In this document: positions 1-12,770 of the stretch, one piece after another
Position numbering within the stretch: the first letter of the stretch is position 1
Layout of the letters: every line of letters starts with the position of its first letter
Source: Utricularia gibba
Lineage: Eukaryota > Plantae > Magnoliophyta
Assembly (NCBI GenBank): GCA_002189035.1
Contig: NEEC01000019.1
Span: 434,001 to 498,000, forward strand
Direction: 5' to 3'
DNA length: 64,000 nt
Program-made: the position numbers and the translations under genes
The notes under the pieces: generated by a model
Databases searched by the model: none
Told to the model about the DNA's origin: nothing
The model's input: only the letters and a program-made list of their open reading frames with translations

Positions 1-319
1 ACAGGTTGCGAGTCATGCTCAGAAGTATTTCATCAGGCAGCATTCCGCTGGGAAGGACAAGAGAAGATCGAGCATCCACGATATAACGACGGTGAGTATT
101 GAAGATACCAAATGGCCGTCATCGCAGCCGGATAAAGAATCGCCGGCGGCGGGCTACAGTGGGGCTACGATGAGCCATGTTGAACCTCAGGGGAATAGTT
201 CCGGGTATGGAGCGGATTTGCAAGGCCGCCACTCTCAACTGGAGTTCACTACTCCACATGGTCTTCACTTAGGCCATCATCGGAATGTTTTTCCGATGAA
301 CCCCACCGGAGACTCGTAG
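1..319 (+). CDS. DIVARICATA-like MYB transcription factor (SHAQKYF class), 3' part of last exon; gene starts upstream of the window
   Basis: The frame from position 2 reads [31 protein letters not shown]..., the diagnostic SHAQKYF plus RRSSIHDIT motifs of DIV-like MYBs. It is open to TAG at 317-319, in the same frame as track ORF 92..319. Confidence 0.95.
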   Translation, partial: QVASHAQKYFIRQHSAGKDKRRSSIHDITTVSIEDTKWPSSQPDKESPAAGYSGATMSHVEPQGNSSGYGADLQGRHSQLEFTTPHGLHLGHHRNVFPMNPTGDS

Positions 320-2300
320 ACCCCGACAACCGAAAAGGGAAAACCCCTCTCTTCCCAAACTGGTAATAACAGGAGGGCTCAGAAAACCATCAAATTTTAG
401 TTCGCGCTTCTATGTATTGTGATGACACCAAAAAGAAAATGCGGGTCTTCTTTTGCGGGTCGCAATTTTATTGCTCATTGTTGTCAAGGTTTCCGGGTCG
501 TGTCCCTTTTGTGTGTTGTGGTTCATTTTTAGTGACTAGAATTGTGTCCATGTATTCATAATCTAGTGGCATCCACCTTTATGCATCATTAAAACTAAAT
601 ATTAATATGTTTATATTAAACTTGTAGTAAAATATTCAGATGGTATTTAATATTTGGGTATAGAAGTTTTATATCTAATTTTACATATATATCATTACTT
701 GATTAATTAATATATGTATATCAATTTTATATGATTATATCACTCATATATTTATTTATCAAACATATGAATGATATACACTAATGAAAAAATGGGAATT
801 AATTATATGTATAACATATAAAACATATATTGTAGAATATCAAATATTATAATAATTAAATAATATATATATATATTAAAATACATTATATTTAAATATA
901 TTAATACACCAATATCAAACGAACTTTTAAGGGTATGGACTCATTTACTTATTTCTCTTGGAATAGTTATAAAATTTATAAAAACAAGGTTTTTTAAAAT
1001 TCTTGTACATGTAATATTTTTAATTATGTGACATTCGTTTTTTTTTTATTTTAAATACATCTAGCAACATAAAAATACTATGTTAAATATATATTAATAA
1101 AATTATGTGTAAAAAATAATTCTAATTTTAGCAATATTTTTAATATGCCCAAAAAAATTTTATTCAAATTAAATTATTTTGGAAAGAATCATTTACTAGA
1201 AGAAGGTGTTTTGGACATTTCATATTTTTTTTGTATCAACTACACACATTTTATAAGTTATATAATACAACTATGTAAGTTATAATATATTTTAAAATAC
1301 CTAATTTTAACATTCAAAATACACAATTAATTGGATGGATTCTTCACCACCACCCCACTCTCAAAAAAAATTAAAAAAAAAAGTGATCAGACTTGCATTG
1401 CACGAATAAATTAAATGCTCTTCCTGCTCACAACACACTTGATCAAATATCATCATTATCCTCTCTGGAGTCTGAAGTTTGAATAGTGCAAGAAACTTGC
1501 CCATAAAAAAAAAAAAAGGAGGAGCAAAATGATTCCCCCGCTTTATCTCCTTCTCTTTAGCAGATCTTTTATCATTATTATCATCGTTTTTTGGTGGCCA
1601 AAGAGACAAAAGAGTTGATTCTCAACGATGTCCTTGTCCCTGGACGACGACTCTGGAATAGCAACGCGTCTGCGGTGCCTTTGTTCCTCTCTGTGTCGTG
1701 CTTTATGGAAGTGGGATTCTTTTAACATCGCAAAGGTCTCATATTTACTTTTTGTTGTGATATCAGGGACTGAGGGAGCCCCTTTATTCCCCGGCATATG
1801 GAATCCCTCTCCCGCTGCCTGCTTATCCGCAAAACTATCCTTCTGTGGACTCATTCCATTCCCCCTAATCCTGAAGAACTCAAACAGAACATCAAGATTC
1901 TCAGATTTCCGGCCTGGAAAAGGAAAAAGATCATTGTATTGTAGCAGCAGCAGTGTGTTCCCTCTCCCTGTCTGGGAAATATCACTGCGCCACATGCATC
2001 GCACTCTGCACGCTTTCCCCCAAGTGGGCGGGATGGACGGACGCATCCTCACCACCATGTTTTACTGCAGATCCTTTCTTTTTTGTCTGAAAGCTGGAAT
2101 GGTATTGGATCCGGCATGAATTAGGCACCATGTCCCCATCCAAAAAGGACTGTCTGTGTCTGTAAACAAACCCTAGAGACATCCAATATATCATTATTTA
2201 CTAAAAAAAAGGATAAGTGTAGAATGACTCTGCTACCCTATATTTACCATAAATGATGGAATTTCCAAGAAAAAAATGTATATTTATTTGGCACAGAAAA

Positions 2301-2320
2301 GGGGGGGGGGGGGGGGGGGG
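2301..2320 (+). repeat. G20 homopolymer
   Basis: 20 consecutive G, followed by TGATGGGG. Confidence 0.9.
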
Positions 2321-3918
2321 TGATGGGGACATTGGTATGAATTTGAAAAGTAACCATACTATTGTAACTCTGGTTGAAAAATAATTATTCTCTATGTAAA
2401 ATTTTATTCTTAAAAGTATGGTTAGTTTTCAAAAAGATCCCGTGTCATCGTGTATAGTTAAGGAAGGGCACATGCATGAGTCGTTTCCCTTTCATTACAA
2501 GTGCGAGCGACCCTTGGGTTCGTCCATGAGGCCAATCATTATCACATGTCGTGCCCTGGTTCTGTTTTTTGATCACCCAACCAGCTACTAGCGTCAGTGG
2601 GCACTCGTTAAGTCATGAGCACCACACCACGTGTCCCTCACTCCTCGAATTATTTATTCCAATCTGGTAAATAAAAAATGAATAAATAGTACGACTGATT
2701 TGAAGGTTCATTTTGAGAAATATTGAGCATATAAAAATAGGGTTAATCATTCAAAATGTGACCCTTGATTTGAAAGGAAACATATTTATTGCTCTTTCGG
2801 ACAAGCGCTGGGGGTTTCCTTTTTCGCCTCTTGGGGTCTGCAAATCGTGTCCTCTAGAAACGGGGACGGGCGGGGGCTCACAGTCACATCCCATCAAAGA
2901 AGTGGGCCACCGACTCACCTACACCACAACTCCGAACAGAAGAGCCACCAGAGGATTCAATCATTTGTCTGGGTGCCGGAAAAACAAAACTATTTGAGCC
3001 AGCCGTGATTATTATGTCATAAAACACAAACACACTGATTCTATTTGGCTTTGTTTTTGGTATGCAGAGAGGCTTCGCTTTGCGGGGGTGTCAACGTCCA
3101 CGTAAAAAAGGGGAAACAAGTAGCTTTTGTGCTGCTTTATTTATTCATTCCTCCCAGACGTTTTACCTAATTCCACTCCTTGGTGCACTCAAGAGAAAAG
3201 ACACCAGCAGCAGCAGCAGCAGCTTTGGGAGGCTTCTCTTCCCTTCATGTTGTTGCCATATTGGGAAGTTCTCATGACAAACCAACCTCTCCGAGTGTCC
3301 TCCAGCTTCTCTTATGGACACGGTTGCGGCGTCTCAAACTTGTATTGACACTCGGATCCCCCGCACCCCCTCACGTCTCTAGCCTGGAATGTGATGGAGA
3401 GATCCTTTTGGCACTAGAGAGGTAGGTAAATAGGTTTGGTTTGTTACTGGGAAAATGAACCATAGGCCATTGTTGCAATTTGCGGCCCAGGGTATGATCT
3501 TTACAATTCTCCTCCCCCTTTCCGTTCATTTACTAAATTTATCATCTTTCCTCTTTCTCTTACAAAAATGGGCAAGGTTATTCGATGTATTTTGTTATAT
3601 TTTTAAATACATGTATATTGAAAAATAAGTTTGTTTAATGAATATATACGTTAATGCACATGTGATTTATGTAACATACTTGACTATCTCCTAAAAATAC
3701 TACATTTTTTTATATAATCAAATGCATAAATATATTTATTTAAATACACAATTACTTACACTATTTTAAAAAAACACATTCTAAAGAATTATGAGTTGCG
3801 TTTATGTAGTTGATGCTAAATAGGTGAATGGCAGCGATTACATTATATTTGGTTCAGATTATAATTAATCACTCTGGTTAAAGTAGGAGATTAAAAATGG
3901 TGATTGAGAATGCTTTAG

Positions 3919-6543
3919 TTATACCCCAACGGCGGGGGTGGGGCGGTTGATGTGGAAGAAGCGCCGGTACAGCCACTGGAGAGGCCTTAGGAACTGAGCT
4001 CTCTTCTTCCTCCAGAACCAGATAGCTGCGTTATACTGTTCGTTGCGAATCTTTTCGGTCGCAGCTCTCCAGTCGTACTTCCGGACCTCCGTCCGCGCGG
4101 CTTTTCCGATGGTTTCCCTCAGCTGCTGGTCCTGGAGCAGGGGCCTGAGTTTGCTCAGGCAGTCCTCTAGATCACCCGGATTGAAAAGATACCCCGTTTT
4201 CCCCTGCTGATCTTCAGGTATGATGTCCGGTATGCCCCCGGCACGAGCTGCCACCACCGGTAGACCGGAGGACATCGCCTCCAGGACGACGAGCCCCAGC
4301 GTCTCTGACTCGGATGGCATCACGAAAACATCCCCGCTTGCGTATGCTTGTGAGAGCTCTTCCCCTTGAAGCATCCCCGTGAACACTGCTGGCATTCCGG
4401 AGAACATCTGCTCCAACTCCGGTCTGTACGGTCCGTCACCAACAAAAGCTATTCGAGCTTCAGGAAGTTCATCCATCACCCTGTTGTACCGGTGTAAGGA
4501 AACCGTAACGATTCAAGGAGCCGAAGAAGTTTGATCAAAGCAGCAATCACCTTTTGAGGAAATCCAAACTTTTCTCAACTCCAAGCCTCCCCACATGAAC
4601 TATCAATGGCCTCTCAGGTTCTCCATCACTGGATTGAGAACAAATGTTGCTGAAAGATTTCAAGAGCTCTTTACATACACATCAATGCAAGTTGCAGATG
4701 GGCATTTACCACAATCGTGATCTCATTTCGTATGAGCGAAACCGAGGATGGAAGCTCTCGGAATCCACTCCCTTGTTCCAAAGCCGAATCCTATTTTCTG
4801 TGATTCACAACAAAACCATAAGGAACCTACTATGGTGCTAGTTCATCTCACACTAGTTAACCTGCAGTAACACGAGCAGCCAAGAGATCCCTCGCGATAG
4901 CAGCAGAAGGAACAAGAGTAAGATCTGCAGCTCTATGGAGGAACTCTGCGGACCATAATCTGAATCACACATGGCACAACAAAAAGTAACAGATAATGGA
5001 TCTGTAAATGGAACATGAATCCTGCTTACTTAGAATTAACCACATGGGTGTGACCAGCCAACTGAATGTATATCTTGGAATATACCTTCAAGAAGAGAAA
5101 AAAACCAGAAATTGCAATATTCCATCAGTGAAAAGCAACAATGAGAAGGATTAGAATGCATCAGGGTTGGTTAAAACGTACACAGGGACATGAGTATGAT
5201 AGGATAAGACAATGGGAACGCATAGTAGTTTTGCAATAATGAGAGCACCAAAAACCTGATCAAAACACACGAAAGACATTAGTCGAACTTCACCAAGAGA
5301 TTTTGCTGTCAAGACACAAATCCATATCAGAAGTAATGGATTACTACCATACCATAATTCCAGGAGAAGATGCATGTATAATGTCAGGCTTGAAGCGAGC
5401 AACTGCTGAGATAATTCGAGGGCTCAGTGCAAGTGACAGAGGCACCTTTTTGTACCACGGGCAAGGAAAGCTATATCCAGAAGCCAAAGCTATACTTCTA
5501 CTAATATTGTTATAAATTGCTCTCATAATAAAAGGTGCAGTTCAAAATTTAACCTTCTCGAGCCAATCAGGTGAGCTCCGTAAAATTCCTGAGGCACTCC
5601 TTCATGTGTCGTGACGACCATAACCTGAAGCAATCATTCAAAAATTACAGATCAGTGGTTCCTGCATCCATGCATATCCAGAGTGTTCTACATCACTTAT
5701 GCATTTCACTAAACAATAGTTTTTTCAGAAAAAAAAAAATCAGTCATGCATCCCAAATGTTCCCTTCATCCTCGTTGACACACTGTAGCTTTTGAGTAGC
5801 TATCCATGCTTTGATTGTTCATGTGGCGAAAGTCTAAATGCGGGTTAAAACAGCAAGCATCGTAAAGTAAAAGTAACACCGTTATAGCAAATGCCAGATG
5901 AGAGTAGAAATTATATACCTCATCCCCCATCTCACGCAGATATCTGATGAAGTTTTGAAACCTGTTCTTATATCCAGAAACATATCTGCATAAAATTCCA
6001 TTCACACAACCAATCAGCGCATAACCAAGTAATGAATCCAGACGCAAAACAAAACCCTTTATTTATAATCTGATTAATTCGTAGATCAGTTCAGAGAACC
6101 ATTTCAAAAGTGCCATTACCCCCATCCAGTGAAACATTCAAAAGGGCACATCGAAATACAATAACTCACGCAAAGGGAGAAGGCTCAACGAAGAGAACGA
6201 TTCGCTTGGGTCGACACTCTTTCTGACATTCAAGCGACGTAGACGGCTTCTCCTCTTCGTCGGCATCGGGCTTGTTAATGGCCGCAATTTCACCACTAAT
6301 GCAATCTGCTACTATGGGTCTTTCACGCGACGGCTCAATTCTCAAATTCCTCCACCGTACACTCCTTCTGAAGCAATTATGCTTCAAAAACGCAACCTTT
6401 CCACAAACTCGACATGCGGGGTGCCTAGTTTTCACTGTAGAGAAACAAGAACCTCCCGAAGGTGAAGCATAAGGTGGGTTGGATGCAAAAAAAGGGGCAG
6501 AAGGTGAAAAGGCAGAGTTGACCAAAAGGGATGCGGCGGACAT
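3919..6543 (-). CDS. SQD2: Sulfoquinovosyl transferase SQD2 (GT4 sulfolipid synthase), 10 exons, 523 aa, with N-terminal Ser-rich plastid transit peptide
   Basis: Exons 6543-6170, 5985-5919, 5624-5554, 5470-5353, 5255-5182, 5085-5030, 4945-4862, 4797-4710, 4628-4551, 4480-3919. All introns are GT-AG and phases are consistent (1572 nt). Motifs: LFVEPSPFAYVSGYKNRF, SFPCPWYKKVPLSLALSPRII, SYHTHVPVYIPRY, LWNKGVDSESF, FVMPSESETLGLVVLEAMSSG. Confidence 0.97.
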
Positions 6544-6646
6544 GATCGTTAGTAGCGGCTTGAGAATGAGCAAGACTTCAAAAATCTCACTAATGAAGTT
6601 TACACTTCAAGTCCAAGGGCCCGAGACGATTTTGGTTTCATTCCAA

Positions 6647-6654
6647 GCATATTC
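6647..6654. promoter_or_regulatory. P1BS (PHR1-binding, GNATATNC) candidate in the SQD2 proximal promoter
   Basis: GCATATTC about 100 bp upstream of the SQD2 ATG. SQD2 is an established phosphate-starvation-induced gene. Confidence 0.55.
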
Positions 6655-7299
6655 TTCTTCACGGAAGCAGGATATGTTATGTCACCGGTTATTTTTTAAA
6701 AAATAGTACTTCTAAAAATGAAAATTTTGAAAAATCATTGCTTACAATATACTATTTGAATAATAATAATTCTCTATTAATACTTGTAAATTGTAAACTA
6801 AATGAATTAAAAATTTATATATTAACAAAAATATTAAAATTACATTTATTTCCATTGTAAATAAATATAAAGATGAATACTTTAACATTTTATTTTTATA
6901 TTTATTATTGAATTATATTTATAAAAATATGGTAAAAATATTATCTGTCTTTTATATTATAATAATGTATAGATTGCACATGACAATAATCTGAAGATAA
7001 TTGAAATAACACCTAAAAGAAGTAGATTTATTTTTGGTAAGTCTTCAATGTTCATCTTAGATGGGAGATTAGCATTACTTCAATCTTTCAATGACATTTG
7101 ATATTTTGTTGTTTTTTTGGATAATTACATCACATATAATCTTTTTTTTCGATTAAGGTCATAAACTAATAAAATTGGTGCCACTAGTCATCTATCATTA
7201 GGTTGCAATGGTTGAATTGATTTTCATAAGTTTTAATCTAATAATCAATATGAAACATTGGATTAATGATATATTGCAAAGCAATGTTTAATTTTAGAT

Positions 7300-8900
7300 A
7301 TAGAATACATATGAATATGGTACATTGAAAATTTGCCACTTTCTATAATAACAAATATCTTTATTTGATCATCACAATACATATTTGTTATTATTCTTCA
7401 TGTGAATGTTAACTTGAATCTTATGTTGAGCATGATCAATTATTTAATTTGATGAATGAAGGATTGATTTATACCAATTTACTTATAATTTGTGAGGTTT
7501 TATCTATAAACTATATATAATGATGATATTATCCGATTGCATTTTATTAACATTCAGAAAAATACTATTGATATTTTTTAAAATTGACACCTCAAAAGAT
7601 AATAATAATTAGTGTCAATGCATGAAAGATGTTGAGCCTAGTTTAATATCCAATTCATATATTCAGTTTGATTTGCCATTAATATGCCATATCTAATTCA
7701 AAAAGATATATATTTTATATTATAATATTTGTATAAAAAATAAACATAATATATATATAATTGTACTGTTATCATTTGATAACATCCATGAATCAAGTAG
7801 TATCCTATTTATTTAATTTCATGTTTGAAAATTCATTTTTTTGATATTATTCATGTGGTTCCTTAATTTTACAATTGATGATGCATACATAACTTTCATA
7901 CATAGTTTTCTTAAATGTTTTTTCTTGTATCCTTTAAGAAAATTGGAATAAAAATGACTTGCGACTTTGATGATAATCTCATTTTGAATGCATATTGTAA
8001 TATTTTCAATTGATTTATAAGTATTTGAAATAATATAATTGTATGTTTATTCATCACATGTTCATCCTACAATGAATAAATCATAAATACAAATTCATAT
8101 ATCTTATTATTGAAAAGGGTAAAGACATGTGGTAACCAAAGCATCTATTGCCACAATTATTAATAACTTTTTTGATATATTTTATGAAGGTCTGTATTAT
8201 TTAGGATAATTATATTTAAATATTAACTATAATATTAAATGCATGAACTTAAATTTCAAAATGGATATTTCAATATTTTGTACCCATAAATGTGAGTTAT
8301 CTATTTCGAAACATTAGCAAGCATGTGACTCTTCCAAATGTGTAATTTTTCACAAACACAATTTTTTTTAAATGGTCATTGACATGTGAAATTTTTTTCA
8401 CTCAACAACGTTGAAGTTGAATATATTTTCTAGCTTATACCCAATATAAATAAAATTATTTAGTATCTTTTTATGCTTTTAAAATATTGATTTTTCAACA
8501 ATGATAATGATATCAAATGAACCTTTTATTTCAGGTGATTAATTTTCATCATTATTAAAAATATTCATAACATATATTGGTGGTATCCAATTCACATGCT
8601 ATGTTTGTTGAAAATTATATTTAGGATCATTGTAAACATCATTTTTATTTATCATTGTCTTTTGTTTTATTTAATTAGATTTATTCACTTTAACATTCTA
8701 ATTATAGCCATGTTCAATTAAACAATCAACTAAAAAATTATTATCATTGAGTTGAATTCTCAATGTGCTATTTTTTAGGATTTTGGATCTCATTGTTTTT
8801 TTATGATACTCTTTTTAACCCTTATTTTTTTAATTTTTTGACAATCATTAATCATTAATAAAACATGATGCATTCATTCATATATGAAAAATCCAAAATA
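7300..8900 (+). mobile_element. Possible heavily decayed MULE/FAR1-type transposase remnant
   Basis: Only faint motif traces: DFDDNLILNAYCNIF at ~7965 and a frameshifted SWIM-like GI(P)SHAMFV at ~8581. No ORFs remain. Confidence 0.3.
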
Positions 8901-9411
8901 GACAACATGCATCGCATTGAATATATCATCAAACTATACTCATTTGACCAACCTGTACCTACTTCTCAAAACTCAATCAATAAGTAGATTTTATTGATAC
9001 GATTAGGTATTAGTTGGCCGAATTGTGGATTTCCATTTTAAAACCTGCTAATACTCAATCCATTTGTATTAAACAATCATAAATAATTTTAATTAAAAAA
9101 TCACATTCCTTATCCTAAATTTAATCCCTTTGGTTTATGTTATTCATTTCTTCTGTGAAACATTTTTGTTACGTTATTTATCTCTTTGCAATTTGTAGTT
9201 GTTATTCATTCTATCAATTTTGATTTTTTCAGGTATGCAACATTCATAAGATCTTGATTTTATTTTGTTCAAAATATGCTTATATTGAATTATATAAGAT
9301 TTTAATTTTTTTTAATGATTTAGAAACTCATTTAAGGATTTCTTGAGATTATCTCAATTTTTAATTGAATGAGTATGAAACATTTAAAATGTTATAGAAT
9401 TTGAATTTATA

Positions 9412-9840
9412 GAAGAAAATTATCTATTTTATATCATTCTAAATCACAAAGGTAAAATAATTGTTAACATAATTGAATATTGTTTGTTAGAATTTACAAT
9501 TGATAAATTACTTTCAATTAATGCTAATAATACAAGTTTTAATAATGTTTTCACAAAATATCTCAAAGATAAGATTAAGGGTTGGAAAATGTAGTTTAAA
9601 ACGATGAGTTTTTGCATATGTAGTATTTTTTTTATTTGTTAAATCTTCTGAAAAATGATATGTAATTATATGACACATTGACTATAAACAATAAAAATAT
9701 TATTTTACATATATGCTCTTCTCAATCTATACTTCGAACTTCTAATAGTTATTCATCCATTCAAAAGGTTGAAATTAAAAATGCATGTTGATGGCAATTG
9801 GAATTCCATGTATTTGATGTTGAAGTATGTATTACTATTA
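9412..9840 (+). mobile_element. hAT (Ac/Tam3-type) transposase remnant
   Basis: KKIIYFYIILNHKGKIIVNIIEYCLLEFTIDKLLSINANNTSFN from ~9413 resembles the hAT consensus ...NHKGETI...CLxEWGIDKVFSITxDNASSN. LKMHVDGNWNSMYLMLK at 9775 resembles LxLDVxTRWNSTYLML. Confidence 0.75.
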
Positions 9841-11188
9841 TAATAAATATTTTTAGAAAAAATGGTTGTATAGGCTAATTTATGTGGAGGGTGAGGGAAA
9901 TTGGGTCATTTCGCATTGAGTTAGCATGAATAATAAGATGCATTTCATGTGAACAAGAATTTCGTTTGGTAAACAAGACTCTAGCATAATAAGTAAGATG
10001 CATGTATTCTTTTATATATGTAGTAAAATACTTTGGATGATGATGAGATGTGAAACTTTTATAAATACTCATATTTTTGCAATGTTCAATGATTGTGACT
10101 TGTGAGAGGTTCGTCGTTAGTTTTTGTTTTTTGTTTTCAAAATTAATTATTTACATATTAATTTTTCTAAAAAAATTGTATGTAAATAATTGAAATTGTG
10201 TATTAGTATTTATTTTCATTTAAAATTTTCATTGATTATATACTATATTTTTTTGATTTGTTTATTATATGATTTTATTTATTTATTAATTATTATATAT
10301 ATTGTTTGGATTGAATTTTATATTTTATATTTATTTGTAATATGTTTATGTAATTTAGTTATAATTTTAATTTAATTAATAGTTATAGTTCTTTGTAATA
10401 ATTTGAAGTTGTCATATTTTATTTTTCTAAAGTTTTTTATGATTTTTTGAAGTTTATATTAAAGAACAAATAAACTTATTCAGTTTTGTAAAAGGAGACT
10501 ATTCGTTTCTATTTTAAGTATCTTGATAAAACTTTGCTTATCAATATATTTATTGTTTTATGATTATTTTTGTGTGATTAATTTTTATAAAATATATGTA
10601 TAATTTATTAATATTAACATAGTTTATATTAAAATTTTATATAAGTTGATTTATTTGATTTGATTTGATTTTTTTTGTAAATTTTTTATGTACTTTTTTT
10701 ACATTTTAATTATGTAATTTTTAAAGAAAATTTTTTAGAAATTTAAATATGTTAATATATTTAGTTTTATTGAGATTTTAAAATATTTTAGTATTTGATT
10801 TGTGTAAATATATTTAATAATTCATTTATTTTTCTTTTGTAAGTTAATATATATTTTAAATATTCCATTAGATTATAGTTCATTATAAATGCAAGATTGG
10901 TATATTTTGAGTCATAAAGATTTGAACAATATTTATGCATTTAAGAATTGAGATAACATTTCATATAAGTTGGAATTTCTCATTGGTGTTACTTAAATTC
11001 TTGATCAATGGGAATCTTATGAAGTTCTGGAAACTTGTCGAATTTAATATGGTTATTATTTATTAATATCATTGATATAAAGATGACATACATAAATAAG
11101 GATATTTTACTTAATTTGTGGAGAAATAATCTTTTGTATTCATTTTTTTAATTATATTTTTTAAAAATATTTTTAACATTTTTTGCAG

Positions 11189-12240
11189 ACACCTGTTACA
11201 TTACATGATATAGCCATTATTTGAGACTTCGAGTGGATGACACCATGTATAGCAAAAGGATATCTTGGAATGTAAACAAATGACTTGAATTTGTTGAAAA
11301 TAGATTTGGATGGAGAGAGACTCAGTTGAGAAGTACGACTAAATTTTCACTTCTCGTATTTAGAGATTATGTTAAAGAGTTTGAAAAGAAAGTTGATATT
11401 AATTCAGATCATCAAGATATATTAAGATAATTGATATTAATTTTTATTTATATGTTTATATTCATTGAAGTATCATGACTATTTTTTTGATATAAGGTAT
11501 GCTCGTTATATTGTTGCATTGATTGTTTGTGGGGATTTTTTTCCCCTAATACTAAAGGCAATGAATGTTGTCGTTGTTATTTGGATTTGATCACTAATGA
11601 TGAAGAAATAGAGGTATTTGGTTAGGATTCAATAGTTTAACTTACTTGTATTGTAGGTTGAGCAAAGTATACATAATTGCAAAGGATGAATATTCGACTT
11701 TTATAGGTTTGTCAATGGAAATTATTTTTTTCAACTTTTTCAAATGTATTATTACTAGAGATTGTATTTCTTTTCCAGATGTATCATACAATTGGACATG
11801 TTGTATGATTTATGGATAGAGTTAGTCTTCTCTTCAGGATAAAATATAATTAATTTTATTTGTTAATAATTCCTTTTAATAAAAAAAATACATAACAATT
11901 ATGGATAGGATGACTACACCTCACAAGCAATTGATTATTTGCATAAATAGTATAGATTTTATTGATACAATAGTGTAATTTTATTCAAATCAATCTTTTT
12001 ATATATTATTGCTTAAATAATAATTTTTATAGTGAAAGTGGAGTCCTTATTCCATTAGAACCTTTCGAGACGTTGAATAAAATTGTTGGAGGGTTTAAAA
12101 ATATTCTAGGTCTTTACTGTTTTTTAGGATTGTAGAACATCACAATTTTCATAAAAGCTGTCGTCAATTTGGGTTACCATTATATATTCCAACCAACCCG
12201 ACTGATCATCCACCAAGCCATTAGACTACAAAAGATCAAG
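11189..12240 (+). pseudogene. Plant mobile domain (PMD, MAIN-like/aminotransferase-like) pseudogene of a MULE
   Basis: Ordered PMD motifs with stops and frameshifts: VTLHDIAII/LRLRVD (11195), YARYIVALIVCGDFFP (~11498), WSPY (~12039), VEHHNFHKSCRQFGLPLYIPTNP (~12132). Intron-like gaps lie between them. Confidence 0.8.
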
Positions 12241-12559
12241 GTTGAGAATCAAGAAATATTCAATTTTTTGAGACTTGAAATACTCGAATCGACGATCTCT
12301 ATAATTCTAGTAACTGTGTAGTTAATGAGAAAAGAATATTATGAGTGATATGAATGATAGTAATAAGATTTGTTGATGACACATTGTTCATATAAATATA
12401 AATTTTATATTAATGTAATAAATTATACAAAAAATTTTATATTGTTTTTCTAAGCTTGTATATACTTTAAGGTAATTTTCTATTTATTTCAAGTATTAGT
12501 ACGTTCATCTATTTATTAAAACCATATTTATATATTATAAAAATAGTAGCAAAAAACAT

Positions 12560-12770
12560 AAAACAAATTATTCATCCATTTTGTTTGATATTTGAGTGCC
12601 ACGGCATCGACCTCGTCCATTTTTTTCTCAACATCTGTCGTGATACAAGTATCATAAAATCTATGGGCATCCATCTTGTTGGCCAAAATCTTGCAAAACC
12701 TTTATCACCATATTTCATTTGTAACAAATCCAAGGTTGATTCTCAAACGTCCATTTGATTTAATGACATT
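12560..12770 (-). mobile_element. MULE transposase, 3' end (post-SWIM tail), convergent with the PMD gene
   Basis: The minus strand reads RWMPIDFMILVSRQMLRKK then GRGRCRGTQISNKMDE, matching the MuDR tail WP...LVPD..MLR.KGRP.STRIRNEMD. It follows directly on the SWIM motif at 48887-48960 once the nest is removed. Confidence 0.65.

Noticed and set aside
1765-1865. miR319/159-like words (GGACTGAGGGAGCCCC, GACTCATTCC)
   Set aside because: They are in the wrong order for the precursor and have no complementary arms.
1880-1903. CATCAAGATTCT, 12-nt complement to miR172
   Set aside because: Pairing collapses beyond 12 nt, there is no hairpin or AP2 context, and a 12-mer hit to some miRNA family is plausible by chance in 64 kb.
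1628-2119. 163-aa + strand ORF as a gene
   Set aside because: No recognisable domain, and it overlaps equally long antisense ORFs. Kept only as part of the unexplained island.
3395-3412. GAGATCCTTTTGGCA as an IPS1-like miR399 target mimic next to a phosphate-responsive gene
   Set aside because: It has an extra T in the seed-pairing part and no GGGCAA to pair with the miRNA 3' end. No fold-back partner exists for a MIR399 precursor.
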